Sequence record: PP456878.1
Source: Pseudomonas phage vB_PaePAO1-KEN19
Length of the DNA: 64,000 nt
Direction: 5' to 3' (one strand)
Below the pieces are notes generated by a model that worked only from the letters and a program-made list of their open reading frames with translations, searched no databases and was not told where the DNA came from. Positions 38,474 to 48,162 of the stretch are shown piece by piece. A program made the position numbers and the translations under genes. Numbering within the stretch: the first letter of the stretch is position 1; each line of letters opens with the position of its first letter.

Positions 38474-40087
38474 CTATAAACGCATCATGCGCATACTTTT
38501 AGTTTTACCCATGAAATGATTTTCTTTATTTCTAGCGTATCTGCAATGATGAGGTATGTTATTACAAACCATGAATGTTAACCTTGGTATTACATCAGGC
38601 CAGTTCTTCAATGGTCTTAGTCGTCCAAGAATTTGGATGCTGTCCTTTTTAGAGTCAGTTGCTTGTAATAGAATAACTTCCCTTAAATTCCTAATATCAA
38701 CACCAGTACCAGATGATTTAATAGTTGATACAGTGATATCATTAGTCATTAATCTATCATACGGACTACCCGAAACATGTCTATTAATCTGAAGATCTGG
38801 ATATTGTTTCTTAAGATAAGCTGTCAGTACATCGATAAAGTTTACAGTCGCGCATAATAGCAAACATTTCTGACCTTCAATACGATCCTTTATATAAACG
38901 CCATCTACAATACGTTTAACCATCTTTAAATAGAAGTCTAGTCGCCTAGGATTCTTCATCATTACTGTTTCATAACGAGCATGGTTATATGTATTTTTAA
39001 ATGGAGTTAAATAGTCCTTAGGTTTAATAGTTGGTTCACTATATAACAAGCCAATAACATTGATGTATGAGTCATATGCAGGTAACCTACACTTTGTAGT
39101 GGCAGGTAGCATGACATCAATCATTTTAGTAACAAACTGATTACCAGTGTATGGAGTAGCTGATAAATAGATTTGTTTATTGACATTGGTATATAGATCA
39201 GTACGAAATACTAATCCTGGATCTTCTTGAATCTCATCATTGATCTGCCAACCTGCTCCAATAACCTCATGGAATCTAGGTGGTGGTACATTAAATCCAA
39301 CTACATCGATTTTTTCACCTAATCGTTCAAAAGTATCGATATATGCACGGTATGTTGTAGAACTAATGAGAATAATTTCAACACCCTCTAAATCATTCTC
39401 TAGTCCGCGATTAATTAGATTCTGTAACTCAGCAGATCCAGATACTTTTAAATATTTTATACCTAGCTGATCTTCATAACCAACAAATGTTTCTTTTAAT
39501 GCTTTCTCCCAAATACCGAAATATTTAGGTGGAATCATAACAACACCACGTTCTTTCATTACTGCAACTGAAGCTAAACTAGTTAAGGTTTTACCTTTAC
39601 CAGTCTGTAAATCAACACGTGCTGAATGTAAATGTGGTCTTAGAATATCTTCGCGGATGGTTTCCTGATAATCCCTTAGAACATAATGTTCAAATAAAGT
39701 ATAGTCTACTTTAACAGCTGTTGGTACAGGAATATCTACAATTTCAATTCTAGTAGATGGTATATTCTTATCGGCTAGATAATTAATAAGTTCTTGAAGA
39801 CATTCACGATGGATGAATACAGATTTACCATCTTCTGTTTCACCATAATATTTTTTCTTTATTTCCATTATGGTGCGTTGACCAGGTATCTTCTTAGGTT
39901 CTTTTAAAACCAGTTTATTAAGATATCCAGTCATCTTTAAGTATGTTTCCCGATCGTAACCGGATAAACGAACACCATGGGTGTATCGTTCTGCTGTAAG
40001 AATCGGTTTCATAAAAAAATCAACGATCGGTAAGGGGAGCAGTGCTCCCCAAACCTCACGTCCTCCACGTCTATCGCAGTTTACCAC
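38474..40087 (-). CDS. SF2 (DEAD/DExH-like) helicase, 537 aa
   Basis: Walker A LQTGKGKT, motif II-like NDEIQE, and later motifs (SAT-like LSATP). Confidence 0.6.
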   Translation of the reverse strand: MVNCDRRGGREVWGALLPLPIVDFFMKPILTAERYTHGVRLSGYDRETYLKMTGYLNKLVLKEPKKIPGQRTIMEIKKKYYGETEDGKSVFIHRECLQELINYLADKNIPSTRIEIVDIPVPTAVKVDYTLFEHYVLRDYQETIREDILRPHLHSARVDLQTGKGKTLTSLASVAVMKERGVVMIPPKYFGIWEKALKETFVGYEDQLGIKYLKVSGSAELQNLINRGLENDLEGVEIILISSTTYRAYIDTFERLGEKIDVVGFNVPPPRFHEVIGAGWQINDEIQEDPGLVFRTDLYTNVNKQIYLSATPYTGNQFVTKMIDVMLPATTKCRLPAYDSYINVIGLLYSEPTIKPKDYLTPFKNTYNHARYETVMMKNPRRLDFYLKMVKRIVDGVYIKDRIEGQKCLLLCATVNFIDVLTAYLKKQYPDLQINRHVSGSPYDRLMTNDITVSTIKSSGTGVDIRNLREVILLQATDSKKDSIQILGRLRPLKNWPDVIPRLTFMVCNNIPHHCRYARNKENHFMGKTKSMRMMRL

Positions 40088-42104
40088 CTTTAACTAGTAA
40101 GTCATATGGATGGTCATTCCTCATCTTGTTAAGGAAACTGCCTGGGTTATTTAGTGGCTCATGCTGCTTTTCGAAAGCCATCGCACCACCTAAACTACGA
40201 CATTGCATTAGCCTATTATATTTTTCAAATTGGCCATTAATACCGGGTTTAGGTAAGCGATAGTCTCGATATTGAGCTGAACGGATCATCATAGCGTATA
40301 TCAAGATCTCACAATGGGAAATATTAAGGCTAATCTTTTCATTAGCCATTGTTGCAAATACAGGTAGTGCTTCAATTGGTGACTTGTAGTTTTTAAGATA
40401 CGTTTTAGACGTATATCCAACTTTCTCAGTGCTTAGTTTACCTGCCTCGGCTGAGTCACTACCGGAATGTAAGAAACTTTGGAATCGTTTCATTACTTCA
40501 TACATGTTTACGTGCTTATTTGGTAGCGTTAAGAATGGTAGGTTAAAATCAAAACCACGAAGACTAATGACGATATTGTCTCGCTGATCTAGTTCCCAAC
40601 GGACCATCTTAATATGCTTTAGCATTTCAATAGATAGACTAGCCCTACGGTTATACAGCGACACAGTCAGAACATCACCACATTCACCATTCACCTCATC
40701 ATCATAGACTAGGGCCAGGCTGGTTAGTTCAGTAGCTGAAGTAGCTGGATATGCAGTAAGGTCATCAATCATTAAAATGTCAGCAAGGTTTTCTGCCTCT
40801 GACCGTGCGATTACTAAACGATAATCCTTCTGAGTAAGTTCTTTCTTTAGATATAGTGTCTCTGGGATTTCACCTGTTCTTAAATAATTACTTTCAATTT
40901 TGCCAAGTTTATATTGTTCTACAGCAGAAGACGCATCGGTGTGTTTAGTAGACAATACTGCTGAAGTAATTTTGTCACCCATCGATACGGCAGCAACCTG
41001 ACCGATATTAGTTCCTTTTGGAATATTGATACCTAGTCGGCCATAACAAGTCATACAGATACCCTGACTATCTGGATGATTACATCCAAATACAGACCTG
41101 AATTTCTGTTTAGTTCCAATTAGGTGTGTTTCATTTCCACGGATCCAGTCTAGTTTACCATCTTCTTTTTGATAATATTTTCCTTTGAATGCTTTTAAAG
41201 TTAACTTAGTTACAGGATACTCAGCTAAGATTGTGGTCTTACAATCACCAGGATGTAGCCTTTGGACATATTGTGCAATAAGCTGAGATTTCCGGTTAAA
41301 GTATTCAGTTACTCGCAGTAGTTCTTTGTTATATAGTAGCGCTTTAGTACCTGAACGAGATTCAATCATATTCTCATACAGATTCCAAATACCATCAATA
41401 TAACCAGTTGTTACCGGATATTTAAAGATATCTGAGTTAATGTCAGTTGGAAAGCCCCGCCAAGCAAATGCTTGTAGAAGCTGTTCAGTTTTCTGAGTAC
41501 CAGAACGAAGACCTTCAATGATGCTGTTACCAATGAATTGGGTAGGATCATTAAATACTTCTTTGACTTTACCATAACTAATTTTTTCGATACCATAAGT
41601 AGTTGGTTCGATATTATGGTTAGCCTCACGTACCTTGGGATGATTATATACTTCAGCAATATCAAACATCGACAAGGTTGCTAGATATTCAGACAGTTTC
41701 ACAGTGGTCTGATTATACAGCCAGTTCTTACCTTCAATAGCCAGTTTAGATAGTACTTCAGGATCTACTGTTTCACCTGACCAATCATAGATGTTCCAAA
41801 TAGCCTTATTTAAATGCTTAACCATGGCCTTAGATGTTACTCGGCCACCTTCAACATTTAGATAATCTTTAGGGTTATCAGTTAAGATGCGATTGAAATC
41901 GATATGGTGATCAGATGGAATTGGGCAATCTTTATAATGTTTAAGAGGATACCAACACAGAACGGATAATTTGGTAATACGGTCAACTGACACAACCGTT
42001 TTACCATCATCAAATTCGATTAGATGCCATTCTGAAGGGAGTGACCATAAATCATCATAACTTAGATTTAGAAGATCACGCGCTTTATAACGATTAAGAT
42101 TCAT
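40071..42104 (-). CDS. multisubunit RNA polymerase beta' C-terminal fragment (phiKZ gp74-like), 677 aa
   Basis: GQVAAVSMGDKITSAVLSTKHTDASSA resembles beta' region G ([30 protein letters not shown]). Lies directly downstream of the beta C-terminal gene. Confidence 0.6.
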   Translation of the reverse strand: MNLNRYKARDLLNLSYDDLWSLPSEWHLIEFDDGKTVVSVDRITKLSVLCWYPLKHYKDCPIPSDHHIDFNRILTDNPKDYLNVEGGRVTSKAMVKHLNKAIWNIYDWSGETVDPEVLSKLAIEGKNWLYNQTTVKLSEYLATLSMFDIAEVYNHPKVREANHNIEPTTYGIEKISYGKVKEVFNDPTQFIGNSIIEGLRSGTQKTEQLLQAFAWRGFPTDINSDIFKYPVTTGYIDGIWNLYENMIESRSGTKALLYNKELLRVTEYFNRKSQLIAQYVQRLHPGDCKTTILAEYPVTKLTLKAFKGKYYQKEDGKLDWIRGNETHLIGTKQKFRSVFGCNHPDSQGICMTCYGRLGINIPKGTNIGQVAAVSMGDKITSAVLSTKHTDASSAVEQYKLGKIESNYLRTGEIPETLYLKKELTQKDYRLVIARSEAENLADILMIDDLTAYPATSATELTSLALVYDDEVNGECGDVLTVSLYNRRASLSIEMLKHIKMVRWELDQRDNIVISLRGFDFNLPFLTLPNKHVNMYEVMKRFQSFLHSGSDSAEAGKLSTEKVGYTSKTYLKNYKSPIEALPVFATMANEKISLNISHCEILIYAMMIRSAQYRDYRLPKPGINGQFEKYNRLMQCRSLGGAMAFEKQHEPLNNPGSFLNKMRNDHPYDLLVKGGKLR

Positions 42105-42126
42105 TATTTACCTCTTGTATTATTAA

Positions 42127-42147
42127 ACCCCTGATCAATGATCAGGG
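42127..42147. terminator. hairpin CCCCTGATCA-A-TGATCAGGGG between the beta and beta' genes
   Basis: 10-bp perfect stem. Confidence 0.5.
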
Positions 42148-43058
42148 GCATATTCTAATGCAATACCACTACATTCAAGCAGGTGATCAAACATAGCTAC
42201 TGGGCGAGATCCACCAAATGGAATCTTTTCACGATCAACTGCAACTGGTACAGATGAAGGTTTTTCTGCTGTTAGCCAAGACTCGATAACCGCAGCATGC
42301 GCCAATGGGTTATTAGTTTGGTCTAAGATTTCAGCAGTCGGACCTGGACCAACTGTACAGTTATATGACCGAGTTTCAGATTCACCGAATGACCGGATAG
42401 CTGTTTCTCGACCAGGTGTGCTAGCCCTATCAGCATTGTTTAACTTAGAAGGTAGACCAAATGGTTGTGTTTTTACAGATGCTGCTGCTGACCAGTCTTC
42501 ACCAATCTTTTCTAGTAGCATCATGTAAAGTGGACCCATTAAGACATTATCTTTAGTTGTTACCCACTTACCAGCTTGATCTCGATAAGATACCTTCCCA
42601 TAGTGTGGTCGATACTTATCGCTATTAATTAATTTGTTGACTGCTGCCATTAGATCCACTGGATCATCAACTGGTGCGTAGATATATGGGAATCCATCCA
42701 TTAGTACTGTTTTAACATGTTCTGCTGGATTTGGGTGTTCCATCATTTTACTATGCATTGTTGGAGCAATGATCTCATAGAAACCTAATAGTTCTTTAAA
42801 TGCATAATCAACCCATTGCGTATTGCCCATTACACTATTTAGTTGTTGCTGGGTTGGTTTGGCATGTCGATCTAGTCCAGCTTCAACGCGTAGGCGTTGA
42901 GCTAGATCTCGTGCAGCTGCGCCAAAACCATGTTCATAAATTCGACCATAATTTGAACGACGCATGGTTGAACCACCAAAGATAATTAGATCTGCCCTAT
43001 TACCATTTTCGTCAATAGGCATATCTTCATCTTCCATTACCTTACAGATGACGCCCTT
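42135..43058 (-). CDS. RNA polymerase beta C-terminal gene, exon 2 (307 codons)
   Basis: [42 protein letters not shown] matches beta [46 protein letters not shown] resembles GQRFGEME. The 5' boundary is inferred from the intron 3' end ...CTGAACATAACG. Confidence 0.7.
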   Translation of the reverse strand, partial: [307 protein letters not shown]

Positions 43059-43362
43059 CGTTATGTTCAGGTAAGTTCGCTACGCTTACCCCGCCTCTCG
43101 TATTGCAGGCAGCTGCATGTCACCATGCAGACCAGACTATATCTTAACCTTCACCCTAGGTGGTCAGGTCCCTCCCATTTCCACTCGCTTGAGTGTACTC
43201 CGCGTAACCGGATAGTCGTTGAACGTTCAATCCATTTCTGGAAAGCTTCGCTGCTGATTGTCTCATTGAGATGTCCCAGCAATTAGAGAGGATTTACTTG
43301 ACTCTTTCGAGATCAAGCAGGCAATTTGACAATATCCATTCCTGAGAGATGGATGGATATTA
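43059..43362 (-). mobile_element. group I intron A (ORF-less, about 304 nt) in the RNAP beta gene
   Basis: On the minus strand: P AATTGCTGGGA, Q AATCAGCAGC, R GTTCAACGACTAT, S AAGATATAGTCTGG. The upstream exon stop TAA sits at the intron start. Boundaries are accurate to a few nt. Confidence 0.8.
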
Positions 43363-44559
43363 ATTACCACCATGAAAATCAGTCATCTTGAAAGCACCAG
43401 CAGGCATCTTTTGGGCTTTGTAAGTTACTTCGACTCGCCATTCATCTAGTGGGTCTAGTCGATAGAATCGAGATAGTTTACGGACATTATCAGGTTGAGG
43501 TAGGAACATCTGTGCAGTTACAATAAGACGTTCAAATTCCTCAGTGATATGTAGATCATCTTTACGACGTGCTAATAGACCACGATAGATCTTTAATAGT
43601 TCTCGATAATAACTGCTAAGATGAGTATGATATTTAACTAGTTGTGCATCCATTCCTGTTGGAGTAGGGGATGGATTTACACGCTCATCACGCCAAATAT
43701 CAATATCAATAACCTTCGCACCAGGTGTGCCAATAACAGCTCTATCGAAAGTTCTATCTAGTGTACGAAGTGCCCTAGGAGTCATCTCGGCAGGAGCTAG
43801 ATCATCATCATGGTCACGGATGGCGAAGATTACACCATCTGGTCGGATAACATCGCCAATGTCTGGGAATGGTTTATAGACCTTATCATCGCCATACATG
43901 TTTAAGAAGAAAGCTTTCCTACCAGCATTAGCTACAGCCGTGCTATAACTAGTTGGCATCATCCTTTTAAGGAAATTCTTATTAGCTACGAATCCATCTT
44001 CAATGGTACCAGCGGCAGATAGGAATACAACATTAGCATTAACACCCATCCCTAAAGTACCGTCTTTCTTAACTGCACCAGACTGTGCAATCACTGTGTC
44101 TTTAGAGAACATTTCATTTGGGGCAATGGTTTCCCACACTTCTCGATTCTTTACAAGTTCATAACCAAAGTCTTGGTGATGACTCATGTACTCGGGAACA
44201 TGTAAGACACCAATGGTTTTATATTTGTCAAAATAGTTTTCGTAGATAATAGTTGTTACCGGGTTAGATCTAATACTGTCTTTACCAATACCCGTTGGAT
44301 ATTTTCTAAGAACATGTAGTACACGACAATCCTCAGGAAAACGAACATCATGTGTATACTTGGCATACTCTAATTCAGCACCCGTTAGGAAATAACGCGA
44401 TTCATTTCCATTTACTTCTGGTGCCTGGCCAATATGTGTTACAAACATAGCACCCCGTGCAGATGAGGTAGTGCCATACCAAGGATCTAAACCAGTATGC
44501 CCTAATAGGGTTAGATCAATTTCACGTTTACCTAGTTCAGCCATTTTGTTTATCACCAT
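43363..44559 (-). CDS. RNA polymerase beta C-terminal gene, exon 1 (399 codons)
   Basis: GMGVNANVVFLSAAGTIEDGF resembles beta GxNVLVAFMPWNGYNFED. It ends ...TDFHGGN, the first half of the GRHGNKG motif, which exon 2 completes. Confidence 0.7.
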
Positions 44560-44656
44560 TAATTAGACAAGATGCAGTACTACTATATTTCTTATTTGCG
44601 CTGTTTTTAGATATAGCCTTTTGTAAGACTTCAATGTCTGGTATCACCAATCTCAT
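44537..44656 (-). CDS. 39-codon upstream ORF with a strong SD, overlapping the beta gene start (possible leader/coupling peptide)
   Basis: AACAGGAGGT-n5-ATG AGA TTG... ends AAT GGC TGA, overlapping the ATG GCT of the beta ORF (ATGGCTGA). Not in the ORF track because it is under 60 aa. Confidence 0.3.
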   Translation of the reverse strand: MRLVIPDIEVLQKAISKNSANKKYSSTASCLINGDKQNG

Positions 44657-44681
44657 ACCTCCTGTTTACTAATTACAAATC

Positions 44682-44700
44682 AATGATATAGATCTTAAAT
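44682..44700. promoter_or_regulatory. palindromic ATAGATCTAT promoter-like element between divergent genes
   Basis: AATGATATAGATCTTAAAT; the minus strand reads AGATCTATATCATTG. Lies upstream of both 44709 (+) and the beta gene/uORF (-). Confidence 0.4.
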
Positions 44701-44708
44701 AAAATTTA

Positions 44709-45083
44709 TTGGAATTTATTATGGCATTCACACTGTTAGCTAATCAGCCAGATTCAGGTGAATCTGTTTATTATGAACCAGGGTTCAGATTAATTATTGA
44801 GACTCATTTGAATATCTTACGTAATGTCAGATCCACACGTATTCAGATTCCACCTGAACTGTATTACCAGTTCGAAGGAAACTTTTATGGATACATGGCA
44901 GAACGCCGTGTCAATCCTGATATGTGGTGGATTCAAATGCGTGTTAATGGTTTAGTTAGCCCTTATGATTTTGGTAAAGTTCTAAGGGATCCTTCAGCTA
45001 ATGATTACACCAGCTATTTAATCATACCGAATAACGACATGATTCAACACCTCGTTAGCTTATATCAAACTAAAAAGTTTTAA
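44709..45083 (+). CDS. hypothetical protein (124 aa)
   Basis: ORF track. Early-promoter-like palindromic motif at 44682-44700; hairpin 45090-45113 downstream. Confidence 0.5.
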   Translation: MEFIMAFTLLANQPDSGESVYYEPGFRLIIETHLNILRNVRSTRIQIPPELYYQFEGNFYGYMAERRVNPDMWWIQMRVNGLVSPYDFGKVLRDPSANDYTSYLIIPNNDMIQHLVSLYQTKKF

Positions 45084-45089
45084 AGCAAG

Positions 45090-45113
45090 CCAGGGGACCC
45101 TTAGGCCCCCTGG
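45090..45113. terminator. bidirectional hairpin CCAGGGGACC-CTTA-GGCCCCCTGG followed by TTTATG
   Basis: Between convergent genes 44709 (+) and 45125..46516 (-). Confidence 0.6.
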
Positions 45114-45124
45114 TTTATGCCGTG

Positions 45125-46516
45125 TTACAGTAGACGACCCATCATTTGGTTTCCACCTAGATTCATCATCGCGGTGTTACCATTACCAGCTAGAGCGGGG
45201 TTTAGTGCTTGTGCAAATCCACCACCCATCGGCATTTGATTGCCCATGAGTTGCATCATTTGCGGATGCATATTAGCCATCATTGGTTGCTGTGGCTGCA
45301 TCATCCCAGGCATTGCAAAGTTATTGTTCATCATAACAGGTTGTTGCATCATTCCGGGTTGAGCAAATTGGTTTTTCTGCCCAGCGTTTAGAAGATCTTG
45401 GATAGATGCTTTATTGCTAGTTTGAACTTGTTGTGCGGGACGTTGAGGTGCCTGAGTCATTGCTACAGCTTGACTCATAGATGGATTAACATTCACAGTT
45501 GTGCCTACTGGCACACGTGTAGAAGTAGTTTGTTCTTTAGCAGTATTACCCACTTTAACTACACTATCCTTTTTCTGGACAGGAATTTGGGCAACTGGGT
45601 TTACAGTTTCAGAAGCTTCTTCTTCTACTTCATTGCTGACTCCTTCATTACCATCAAGAGAGGGGATCTCACGTTGCATCTTTGCAAAATCAGCAATCAC
45701 CTTCTCATCAACTTTTGAATAAGGTTGAATAGCATCATCGAAGATCAGGCGATACTTATCAATAACACTATTTAGTTGAGTAGTGATTTTGTTAAATGCC
45801 TGGATAAGACATACAAAATAAGGTGCTACCCGCTCAACTGTTCCTGCTGAATATTCAGTTGGTGAATCACCAAATGGTACAACTAGTTTAAATAGTTCGA
45901 TTAGAACTGGCCGCTGTTTCTTAGGTACATTTACTCCAAGGATATCATCTTTAGAATAAAGATCCTCTACGATAGGGAACCGAATAACGCAGATACGGTT
46001 AACTGTCTTCCCATCAAATTTACCATTTGCTTTTAGATACACGCTTACAAAACGTGAACGTTTTTCAGCAGCTTTGACAACCTTATTAAACCACTCAATG
46101 GTATCTGGCTTAGCACCGGATAGTTTCTTTAGGAAGTCTGAACATTCTGGTGGAATGTCTTTATGCAGAGTGGAGTCGGCAGCTACTTCTAAAATACGTG
46201 AAGTAAGATACTTCACAGTAAACATTAGATTAGCCTTAACTTGACGCTGCATATGCTGTAGTACTTGAGAAGTACCTAGCCGAGAGATCTTTTCAGATAG
46301 CGGGTGGAAGGCGATGTAATCATCGCCTAGCCCTTTACGAAGCCAATCTTTAGTAGGTACCACTAGTCGCTTACCATCTACCTTTGCAGGTGCAGGTCGA
46401 CCAAGTGGATCGAGAATACTGATCATATCCTCTTCACCTACTTTGTATCGGAAAGCAGGTAATACTTGATCACTATAGAACTTGGAAAGAGAAATCGTAG
46501 GCATTGTTATCACCAA
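45125..46516 (-). CDS. protein with a Met/Gln/Pro/Asn-rich low-complexity C-terminal tail (463 aa)
   Basis: C-terminal roughly 110 aa: QPGMMQQPVMMNNNFAMPGMMQPQQPMMANMHPQMMQLMGNQMPMGGG. The N-terminal domain is ordered. Confidence 0.55.
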   Translation of the reverse strand: MVITMPTISLSKFYSDQVLPAFRYKVGEEDMISILDPLGRPAPAKVDGKRLVVPTKDWLRKGLGDDYIAFHPLSEKISRLGTSQVLQHMQRQVKANLMFTVKYLTSRILEVAADSTLHKDIPPECSDFLKKLSGAKPDTIEWFNKVVKAAEKRSRFVSVYLKANGKFDGKTVNRICVIRFPIVEDLYSKDDILGVNVPKKQRPVLIELFKLVVPFGDSPTEYSAGTVERVAPYFVCLIQAFNKITTQLNSVIDKYRLIFDDAIQPYSKVDEKVIADFAKMQREIPSLDGNEGVSNEVEEEASETVNPVAQIPVQKKDSVVKVGNTAKEQTTSTRVPVGTTVNVNPSMSQAVAMTQAPQRPAQQVQTSNKASIQDLLNAGQKNQFAQPGMMQQPVMMNNNFAMPGMMQPQQPMMANMHPQMMQLMGNQMPMGGGFAQALNPALAGNGNTAMMNLGGNQMMGRLL

Positions 46517-48146
46517 ATTTAGGATTGATTTGAGCAGGTTGAGCTACAGGATGTTGATACGGTTGCATGTTAACCGGCTGACCACTACTGTTTAGAATGT
46601 TTTGTTGAGTCTTAGTTGGGATAACATTCTTAACAAGATAGGTAAGGTCATTAGAGATCATAGCCGGTGCAGATGCATCCCGAGTAATGACTGGACTAAA
46701 CAGACTATCAATGAAGGTCGGTGCGATGAATCGTTCTACCGATTCATGATTTAGACTGATATCAATAACAGTATCACCAGCTAAGTCAGAGTGCATGGAA
46801 ATTTTAAACGGAATCTGGTTACCATAAGAGATACTGTTAATCGCATCGGTAATAAGACGACGTTCAAAGTCATTAATCTGTGGAGTCATATCAATTCCAT
46901 CCATGATACTCCTGGTACCATTTGGATGCATTTCGAATAGATAGTTATTCGCTCCATGTCCATTTGTAATTGCAAAGGAGGTTACCCGGAAATAGTTATC
47001 CATCATGATTGCTGGAACTACTTGTGCAAGTAGAGATGCTGCAACAGTGTGATGATCTGCACCACCCCAATGCATGGAATGCTCTGCTCGGTTAACGAAG
47101 CGTTGAGAATTACCATTATCCATACCAGCTTTAACTACACCATCAACCAGTAGTTCAGGGAATACTCGTTGTAGGTCAGCCAGTGTAACAAAGCCACGTT
47201 CCATGTAATTGCAGCGTTCTTTTAGAATGCGCATGAACATATTGGAATGGATATCTTGATTTCGAAGTACAGCAGATGCATCGCCTAGCATCACTTCATC
47301 AGAGACACCTCCAAAGATATTATCGTTATCATTATTAGCCATCTCAGCTTCTTTAACAGAATGCTGCCATGCATTAAGAGTACTAGATAGATAACGAGTA
47401 GGAGAAGTATCACGGCGATTTGAATATTGGAAAGTACCTGCTTCACCAACACTGGAACGTTGATCAATGATCCGGTCAAATACACCTTGATGTAGTCCAG
47501 TTGATTCAATGCGTTTAGCTACTTGCATCGTTTGCTGAATCTGGAAAACATCTTCTGGCCGTTGGAGATATGATGAAGTTCCAGTATACATGCTAAACCC
47601 GTTCTGAGGGATAGTAATATCACTCATGATATCGACGGGTGCAAGGATCTGGTTAGAACCTAGGATATGTGCTTGTTTAACCACACCAAACTCAGTTGGT
47701 CGTTGACGCTCTACAATAACAGTTTCACTATTAAAATAGATACGCATGTTAGGATCTAGACTATTGCTAAGCGGACTAATAGAGCAATGGTCAGAGCAAC
47801 CAAATAGAATCCGGCAAGTACGGGTATTACCAAAGAAACGGTTATTCTCCCATACTTTCATCATGAACCTAAACCGGCGTTCACCCCAACCATTGACGAT
47901 AGGGACTTCGCCTTGAGTTTGAGCACGTGGTGCGATCACATCAGCTGCAATTTGCTGTACAGCTGCAACACCTAGATTACGACCATCATTAGTTGCTTCT
48001 TTTAAACGTTCAATAGAGTTCTCAGTGACCTCTACCGTAAATGGTCGAACATGCTCAGGTTGATAAGTACCAGTCTGTACTAGAATGAATGATTCAATCT
48101 GTACTTCAGTATTACCACCCATTGCTGAATTATTAAAACCTAACAT
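46473..48146 (-). CDS. hypothetical protein (557 aa)
   Basis: ORF track; 44-nt overlap with the downstream gene. Confidence 0.5.
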   Translation of the reverse strand: MLGFNNSAMGGNTEVQIESFILVQTGTYQPEHVRPFTVEVTENSIERLKEATNDGRNLGVAAVQQIAADVIAPRAQTQGEVPIVNGWGERRFRFMMKVWENNRFFGNTRTCRILFGCSDHCSISPLSNSLDPNMRIYFNSETVIVERQRPTEFGVVKQAHILGSNQILAPVDIMSDITIPQNGFSMYTGTSSYLQRPEDVFQIQQTMQVAKRIESTGLHQGVFDRIIDQRSSVGEAGTFQYSNRRDTSPTRYLSSTLNAWQHSVKEAEMANNDNDNIFGGVSDEVMLGDASAVLRNQDIHSNMFMRILKERCNYMERGFVTLADLQRVFPELLVDGVVKAGMDNGNSQRFVNRAEHSMHWGGADHHTVAASLLAQVVPAIMMDNYFRVTSFAITNGHGANNYLFEMHPNGTRSIMDGIDMTPQINDFERRLITDAINSISYGNQIPFKISMHSDLAGDTVIDISLNHESVERFIAPTFIDSLFSPVITRDASAPAMISNDLTYLVKNVIPTKTQQNILNSSGQPVNMQPYQHPVAQPAQINPKFGDNNAYDFSFQVL

Positions 48147-48162
48147 AGAACTACCTCAATTA

